Shown here piece by piece: positions 58,219 through 64,000 of a stretch of 64,000 nucleotides of DNA. The notes under the pieces were generated by a model. It was not told the DNA's origin. It saw nothing but the letters and a program-made list of their open reading frames with translations, and did no database searches. A program made the translations under genes and the position numbers. Position 1 is the first letter of the stretch, and each line of letters begins with the position of its first letter. The DNA is from Candidatus Bathyarchaeia archaeon (GTDB lineage Archaea; Thermoproteota; Bathyarchaeia; Bathyarchaeales; Bathycorpusculaceae). The stretch spans positions 32,001 to 96,000 of the forward strand of contig JAVZLH010000001.1 of the NCBI GenBank assembly GCA_038883855.1, given 5' to 3'.

Positions 58219-59448
58219 ATGGAAAATTACGCAGACGTTATAATAGTTGGCGGCGGACCAAGCGGTTCTTTTGCTGCCTTAAACCTAGCAAAACTCGGCG
58301 CTGAAAAAGTGGTTGTGTTTGAAGAGCACAGCGAAATCGGGGTTCCATGCCACTGCGCTGGGCACTTAAGCATAAACGGTCTCAAGAATTTAGGTTTGTA
58401 TCCGCTCCCAAGAAAGATTGTTGAAAACGTTTTTTATGGAGCGAATTTTTATTCCCCTTCAGGCAGAAAGTTTTCAGTTCGTTTCTCTTTTCCGGTAACA
58501 TATGTGGTTAATCGCGTTCTTTTTGATAGATATATTGCTGACTTAGCAAAGGCTGCTGGTGTTCGTTACAGCCTTAATTCGCGGGTTAACTCTTTGATTG
58601 TTGAGGATGACTTCGTAAAAGGCGTGTCCGTCAAACAAAGTGGGCTTTTTGAAGAGAAGTTCTTGTGCAAAGTTGTCGTGGACGCTGAAGGTGTTTCTGC
58701 GCGTATTTTGAGACAAGCGGGTTTGACGGCTTTTAATCGTAAAATGCTTGTTTATGGTGTGCAAGCCGAGGTTGAAGGCGTTAAAGATGTTGAATCTGAT
58801 GTTGTTGAAGTCTATCTTGGCAGAGGCTATGCTCCTGGATTTTTCGCGTGGCTTATTCCAAAGTGTGATGGAAGGGCTAAGGTTGGTTTAGCAATGGAAA
58901 CTGGAAATCCAAAAAGGTTTCTGGAGAAACTTATGTTTAAGCATCCAATGGCTTCGAAAAAGCTGCGAACCGCAAAAATTCTTGAAGTAAATTTTCATCC
59001 TTTAACCCTTGGCGGTCCGATTGAGAAGGCGTATTCAAATGGTTTTTTGGCTGTTGGTGATGCAGCCTCTCAAGTGAAGCCGACAACAGGAGGCGGGGTG
59101 GTGATTGGTTTGGCATGCGCGAGGTTTGCGGCCAATGTTGTTTATGAAGCTTTGAAAAAGGGTGATTTTTCCGCGGATTTTTTAAGCCAGTATCAGAGGA
59201 GTTTTATGAAAATTCTAGGTTTTGATTTTTATGTTATGTCTAGGGTTAGGCATTTGCTCAATAAGTTGTCTGATGAACAATTGGATGAAGCAATTGGTTT
59301 CTGCGCAAAATTTCACATGGAGGAATCCGTAAGAAGCTTTAGAGAAATTGATTTTCAAGGGCGAACTCTGCTAAAAGCTGTGAAGAGCCCTCGATTTTTG
59401 TTGGCTGCCATCTACTTCCTTTATCTATACTTATCTGCAAATCCTTAA
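58219..59448 (+). CDS. geranylgeranyl reductase family FAD oxidoreductase
   Basis: GGGPSG, CAG, DAEG, FAWLIP, GDAASQVKPTTGGG. Confidence 0.9.
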   Translation: MENYADVIIVGGGPSGSFAALNLAKLGAEKVVVFEEHSEIGVPCHCAGHLSINGLKNLGLYPLPRKIVENVFYGANFYSPSGRKFSVRFSFPVTYVVNRVLFDRYIADLAKAAGVRYSLNSRVNSLIVEDDFVKGVSVKQSGLFEEKFLCKVVVDAEGVSARILRQAGLTAFNRKMLVYGVQAEVEGVKDVESDVVEVYLGRGYAPGFFAWLIPKCDGRAKVGLAMETGNPKRFLEKLMFKHPMASKKLRTAKILEVNFHPLTLGGPIEKAYSNGFLAVGDAASQVKPTTGGGVVIGLACARFAANVVYEALKKGDFSADFLSQYQRSFMKILGFDFYVMSRVRHLLNKLSDEQLDEAIGFCAKFHMEESVRSFREIDFQGRTLLKAVKSPRFLLAAIYFLYLYLSANP

Positions 59449-59485
59449 AATCTGAAAGATACAACAATGAGGCGGTTGACCAAAC

Positions 59486-59848
59486 ATGAGCGGGTTTCGC
59501 TATAAGCAAGTCATAGTTTTTCGTTCCGATTTAAAGTTAAGCAAAGGTAAAATTGCAGCTCAAGCTGGCCACGCAGCGGTCTCCGCGGCTGAAGAAGCAC
59601 GAAAACATAAGAAAAACTGGTGGGAGGCTTGGCTGGATGAAGGGCAATGTAAAATTGCGGTTAAGGTGAAGGGTGAAAAGGAACTGCGGGAACTGGAAAA
59701 ACAAGCAATGGAACTAGGTTTGCCGTATGCGTTAATAGTGGATAGGGGACTTACCGAGGTTCCGCCTGGAACAGTTACTTGTCTGGGGGTCGGTCCAGCT
59801 CCGAGTGAGAAGGTTGATAGGATAACGGGTGGTCTTCCTCTTCTCTGA
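59486..59848 (+). CDS. pth2: peptidyl-tRNA hydrolase Pth2
   Basis: KQVIV.R.DL..SKGKIAAQAGHA, D.GLTE.PPGT.T. Confidence 0.96.
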   Translation: MSGFRYKQVIVFRSDLKLSKGKIAAQAGHAAVSAAEEARKHKKNWWEAWLDEGQCKIAVKVKGEKELRELEKQAMELGLPYALIVDRGLTEVPPGTVTCLGVGPAPSEKVDRITGGLPLL

Positions 59849-59858
59849 TGGTAAGGTT

Positions 59859-61241
59859 ATGGGTTTGCGTGTTCCCAAAATTGAAAAATTGATGGGCATC
59901 GAGGTTTACGCCACACATTCCCTTGGGATTGGCGGAGTAATCCGTGAATTTGTTGAGGATTTTGTTGTGGAGGAGGTGCTGATCGACGACGCCATGGCGA
60001 AGATAAGGCAACAACATGTTGAAGGCCAAGATTTTAAGCCATCCATTAATGAGCGTTACTTGTTGTGTGTTTTGGTTAAGCGAAACTGGGACACTTTTGA
60101 AGCCCTAAAAGCTGTTGCGAGGCAGCTAAACATACGTTTGAGGCAGATGCATATTGCTGGGATAAAAGATGCGAAAGCTGTTACCGCGCAGCACATCACA
60201 ATAGAAGGTGTTTCACCAGAGGATGTCAAAAAAGTCAATGTTAAAGACATCGAAATCCGCCCAGTCGGTTTTTTCCGCCACAAACTTTCCTCATACTATC
60301 TCCTCGGAAACAGTTTTAACATTACAGTAAGAGCAATACAACATTCGAAATCTACAATACAAAGGCGGATAAATGAAACGATAAAGGGGCTCGAAGAGTT
60401 GGGAGGCCTTCCAAACTTTTTTGGTCATCAACGCTTCGGCACAACTAGACCAATAACCCATTTAGTTGGCAAAGCCATAGTTAAAGGAGATTTGAGAAAG
60501 GCTGTTATGCTATTTCTTGCAAAACCAAGCTTGAAAGAAAACCCAGAATCCAGACAAGCCCGCGAACAACTCTGGAAAAGCCAAGACTTCCAGAAGGCGT
60601 TGAAAAACTTTCCAAGACAACTGAGGTATGAGCGTTTAATGCTTAGGCATTTAGCAAAAAAGCCGGATGATTTTGTTGGCGCCTTCAAGACTTTACCAGT
60701 TAAACTGCAAATGCTTTTTCCCCAAGCCTATCAAGCCTACCTTTTCAATAAGTTCCTAAGCCGAAGAATCGCGGGCGGGCTTCCTCTGAATAGGGCTGAA
60801 GTTGGCGATTACGTTGTGCATGTTCAACGTTCCGGACTGCCGCTGTTAACCATGTATAAAATTGTGAAAAGCGAAACACTCACAGAAGTTAATGAGGCTT
60901 TGAGAAATGGGCGGATGTGTTTAGCTCTTCCACTAATAGGCTTTAAACAAAAGCTTTCCCAAGGTTTCCAAGGAGAGGTTGAAAGACAAATTCTAGAAGG
61001 GGAGGGCATAACGCCGGAAAACTTCAAAATCCACTTTATGCCCGCAATAAGCTCAAAAGGGGGGTTACGAACGGCTTTAACCCAGCTAATCAACTTCCAA
61101 TTAACCGATGTCTCTGCTGACTCGGTCAAACCGCGCAAAAACAAAGCAAAACTAAGCTTTATGCTACCTAAAGGTTCTTACGCGACAATACTCCTAAGAG
61201 AATTAATGAAATCACGTAACCCAGCGAAAACTGGATTCTAA
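59859..61241 (+). CDS. truD: tRNA pseudouridine(13) synthase TruD
   Basis: EDFVVEE, AGIKDAKAVT.Q, GNSF, PNFFGHQRFG, F.LPKGSYAT..LRE. Confidence 0.96.
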   Translation: MGLRVPKIEKLMGIEVYATHSLGIGGVIREFVEDFVVEEVLIDDAMAKIRQQHVEGQDFKPSINERYLLCVLVKRNWDTFEALKAVARQLNIRLRQMHIAGIKDAKAVTAQHITIEGVSPEDVKKVNVKDIEIRPVGFFRHKLSSYYLLGNSFNITVRAIQHSKSTIQRRINETIKGLEELGGLPNFFGHQRFGTTRPITHLVGKAIVKGDLRKAVMLFLAKPSLKENPESRQAREQLWKSQDFQKALKNFPRQLRYERLMLRHLAKKPDDFVGAFKTLPVKLQMLFPQAYQAYLFNKFLSRRIAGGLPLNRAEVGDYVVHVQRSGLPLLTMYKIVKSETLTEVNEALRNGRMCLALPLIGFKQKLSQGFQGEVERQILEGEGITPENFKIHFMPAISSKGGLRTALTQLINFQLTDVSADSVKPRKNKAKLSFMLPKGSYATILLRELMKSRNPAKTGF

Positions 61242-61316
61242 TAAATAAAAGTCCTGTTAACCCTAAGGATGACTTCAACTAAACGTAAGATAGAGAGTGG
61301 CTGAATTGTGGAAAGG

Positions 61317-62504
61317 TTATATGACTTTTTCAGCGTTTTCTATCAGTTTTTCCTTTTTATCTAGAGGCACTGTTACGTTGGCGGCGTATTGGTGCCCGTC
61401 AGCCATTCCAAACCCGCTAGACGCCTTTTCCAGTAAATTTACGGCTCCAGGCAGTTCTCCTTTGTCAATGAGCGGTTGCATGGTTTTTGGTACGCGGACA
61501 GAAGCCTTAACAAACTTTTCGCTTAGTTTTCCCCAACCGGGAATTTCTTGAGGAACGTTCACGAATCCAATAATGTACTTGTTAGGCTTTATCAGTCGCA
61601 TTTGAAACGCTAGGAAGGAGCAGAATTGTCCGATCACTTTTGTTCCCATTCCAGCGTACATGTCTTCAGCGTCGAACCATTGGATGTGCGCTGTTTCCTT
61701 CAGTCTTTCGCGGTAGAGCTTAGCTAGGACTCGGCGGTTAGCCTCTTTGCGCCTAGCCTCCAAAACTGCTATTTTTTCTTCCACTTCCGGGCTTGTTCCG
61801 TTTAGGCAAGCGTCTATGCCGATTTCTGGTCCCCCCTCATAATAGCCAACCGCGCCCAAAATCTGAAGCTTAGAAAACAAAGCGTCCACACGAGTTTTGA
61901 ACTTCACTATTTCGAAGTTTTTCCCCTTCTGTTGAACAATACGTTTTTTTACAGCTTCTTCAAGCACCACCTTATTCAACCCGGAAAAACCCTCTGGAAT
62001 TTCGCAGCTTCCAACCAAAGCCAAATAACCCAGATCCAAATTGTTTTCGTTCAGTGTTTTGGCAAACATGTAGCAGCATGCGGCTCCAGAAAAGTCTGTC
62101 TCACCTCTAAAACCGTAGTGTTCAAGGTTTAGGTCAAAAACTTCTGGGTCTTTGGCTGGTTTTGGGTCATGATGGTCTAGTATAATGGTTAAGTTTCTTC
62201 CATTGTTCAGTTCGGATATTAAATCTGCATGCGAGGAGCCGATGTCTGTATAAAAAATTGTCTGTCCAGTCTTTGAATGTAGTTGGGCGATTACTTCAGT
62301 GTAAACTTTTTCGAGGCAAAATGCTTTAACCGTTATTCCTTCTCGCTCCAGCATCATTTTCGTTATTGCGGCTGAACATAAACCGTCAGCGTCGTCATGA
62401 TGAATTATGATGGCTTCTTGTGGGGTTTTAGTCTTCAGCTTTGTGACGGCTTCCTTCGCTTTGTTCTTGAAATCTTCCAGTTGCATAGAACTCTCCTTCT
62501 TCAA
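61317..62504 (-). CDS. DHH family phosphoesterase (RecJ-like)
   Basis: HHDDADG, TDIGS, LDHH, C-terminal DGHQYAA (DHHA1-like). Confidence 0.85.
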   Translation of the reverse strand: MKKESSMQLEDFKNKAKEAVTKLKTKTPQEAIIIHHDDADGLCSAAITKMMLEREGITVKAFCLEKVYTEVIAQLHSKTGQTIFYTDIGSSHADLISELNNGRNLTIILDHHDPKPAKDPEVFDLNLEHYGFRGETDFSGAACCYMFAKTLNENNLDLGYLALVGSCEIPEGFSGLNKVVLEEAVKKRIVQQKGKNFEIVKFKTRVDALFSKLQILGAVGYYEGGPEIGIDACLNGTSPEVEEKIAVLEARRKEANRRVLAKLYRERLKETAHIQWFDAEDMYAGMGTKVIGQFCSFLAFQMRLIKPNKYIIGFVNVPQEIPGWGKLSEKFVKASVRVPKTMQPLIDKGELPGAVNLLEKASSGFGMADGHQYAANVTVPLDKKEKLIENAEKVI

Positions 62505-63037
62505 CTTATGGTTTTAAGAAGGTCTGAACGGGTTATTATCCCCACAATTTCCTTTCCTCTCGCAACCAAAACACCTTGATTTTTCTCTAGGAGAGGGCGA
62601 ATCGCTTCTATACTCGTTTCCTCCTGAACTGTTGGCAGGGGTGGATCCATTACGTTTTTTGCTTTTTCGCCCGCTAGATTTGAACGTAAGTTTCTGATGA
62701 TGGTTTCCTCGGTTATTGTTCCGACCACGCGTTTTCCGCTTATCACTGGAACTTGTGAAATTGCATATCGAACCATGACTTCGCTTATTTTGAATATGGT
62801 GTCGCTTGGTCTTGCAAAAAGAACACCTTTAGTCATTATGTCTTTACATTTTTTCTGTCTCTTTTTGGTTAAAACCTCCAAGATTTTGTTAATCGTTGAC
62901 AGTCTTGGGTCAACTTTCCCCTGCTCCACTTTTGCTATGTGCGCCTGCGAAACGCCGACCAAATCTGCTAGTTTTTTCTGCGTTAATCCTGCTTCTATCC
63001 TCAGTTTTTTAAGCCAGACTCCTGTTATCTGCTCCAA
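62501..63037 (-). CDS. XRE-HTH plus tandem CBS domain transcriptional regulator
   Basis: LTQKKLA..VGVSQAHIAKVE.G..DPRLST; CBS motifs ISQVPV and GIITRSDLL. Confidence 0.92.
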   Translation of the reverse strand: MEQITGVWLKKLRIEAGLTQKKLADLVGVSQAHIAKVEQGKVDPRLSTINKILEVLTKKRQKKCKDIMTKGVLFARPSDTIFKISEVMVRYAISQVPVISGKRVVGTITEETIIRNLRSNLAGEKAKNVMDPPLPTVQEETSIEAIRPLLEKNQGVLVARGKEIVGIITRSDLLKTIS

Positions 63038-63129
63038 AAATAACCACCAGTTATTTTCATATACATTTGATACAGTAAAATATATATTTGTTGCTGCGCA
63101 TAAACCCTAAACTTTGCAGAGGAAAACCA

Positions 63130-64000
63130 ATGCGGAACATAATAATTGAAGATTTGAAGCAAACGCCATTAGAAAAACAACGGATCGAAATCGTTGAAAG
63201 AAAAGGCTTAGGACATCCGGATTATATCTGCGACGCAGTTATGGACAGCATTTCCGTGCGCCTAAGCAAAGAATACTTGGACAAAGCGGGAACAATACTG
63301 CACCACAACTTAGACAAGTCACTTCTTGTAGCCGGTGAAGCAGAACCAAAATTTGGGGGCGGCATCTTAAAACAACCCATGCTTTTCGTGTTCGGCGATA
63401 GGGCAACAACAGAATTTGAAGGAGTAAAAATAGACGTCAATGAAATAGCTATAAACACAGCGAAAGAATGGTTTAAGAAAAACATGCGTTTTATTGACCC
63501 AGAAAAACACATAAGATATCAAGTTGAGCTAAAACCTGGCTCTGCTGGTCTCGTAGACATATTTAAAAGAAAAGGAAAAGTTCTCGGCGCTAACGACACA
63601 TCAGCCGCTGTGGGTTATGCACCGATGACGCGAACCGAAAAGATAGTTTTAGAACTTGAAAGATACCTCAACTCCAAAGAGTTTAAAAACCGTTTTCCCG
63701 AATCAGGCGAAGACATAAAGGTAATGGGATTCAGAAATAGCAATAACCTAAAATTGACGGTTGCTATGGCGTTTGTTGACCGTTTCATAAACAGCGAAGG
63801 AAACTATTTTGAAAAAAAGGCGAAAATTCAAGAGGAAATACAAAAATTTGTCTCATCCAATACAGACTTCGAAAAAATCGACATACAGCTCAACACTCTC
63901 GACGCGCCTGGAAGAGGATTAGGCGGCTTATACTTAACGGTTTTAGGCACAAGCGCAGATAGCGGTGACTCTGGGCAAGTTGGTCGAGGAAACCGTGTAA
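63130..64000 (+). CDS. mat: archaeal S-adenosylmethionine synthetase (partial, runs off window end; not in ORF track)
   Basis: Manual translation MRNIIIE...EIVERKGLGHPDYICD...HHNLDK...ANDTS...GEDIKVMG...GTSADSGDSGQVGRGNR. Confidence 0.95.
   Translation, partial: MRNIIIEDLKQTPLEKQRIEIVERKGLGHPDYICDAVMDSISVRLSKEYLDKAGTILHHNLDKSLLVAGEAEPKFGGGILKQPMLFVFGDRATTEFEGVKIDVNEIAINTAKEWFKKNMRFIDPEKHIRYQVELKPGSAGLVDIFKRKGKVLGANDTSAAVGYAPMTRTEKIVLELERYLNSKEFKNRFPESGEDIKVMGFRNSNNLKLTVAMAFVDRFINSEGNYFEKKAKIQEEIQKFVSSNTDFEKIDIQLNTLDAPGRGLGGLYLTVLGTSADSGDSGQVGRGNRV

Noticed and set aside
61265-61305. Possible second C/D sRNA (ATGACTT...CTGA) after truD
   Set aside because: Poor C box, too short, no recognisable D'/C' boxes or terminal stem

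Overview
This is a gene-dense housekeeping region of an archaeal chromosome. PolD DP2 together with TACK-like genes (arcadin-1-like protein, cdc48-wHTH pair) suggests Bathyarchaeia; this taxonomy is inference. It holds about 70 CDS for replication and repair (polC, fen1, UDG), translation and RNA modification (SRP54-pus10-rpl21e-rpo4-DUF655-ksgA-hemK cluster, aIF5A, dph2, trm5, truD, rtcA, FAU-1), central metabolism (porGDAB, ppsA, glyA, glmS, split metE, mat), Mo/W cofactor synthesis (two moeA) and a membrane pyrophosphatase. I saw no tRNA, rRNA, CRISPR array or IS element. The most striking observation is that pcm (protein-L-isoaspartate O-methyltransferase) is interrupted in its conserved GQTISAPH|MVA motif by a 31-nt insert (53496-53526). 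The insert folds into a bulge-helix-bulge (BHB) structure, and cutting at the canonical tRNA-splicing-endonuclease positions restores the frame exactly, so it is a candidate archaeal mRNA intron. Also notable are an unannotated box C/D sRNA (20639-20699) with a guide matching the 23S peptidyl-transferase region, a divergent membrane PPase lacking ion-gate residues and preceded by a structured 5' leader and an RHH regulator, and two genes that seem to need ATC/ATT start codons. All protein calls come from my motif recognition; no database search was run.
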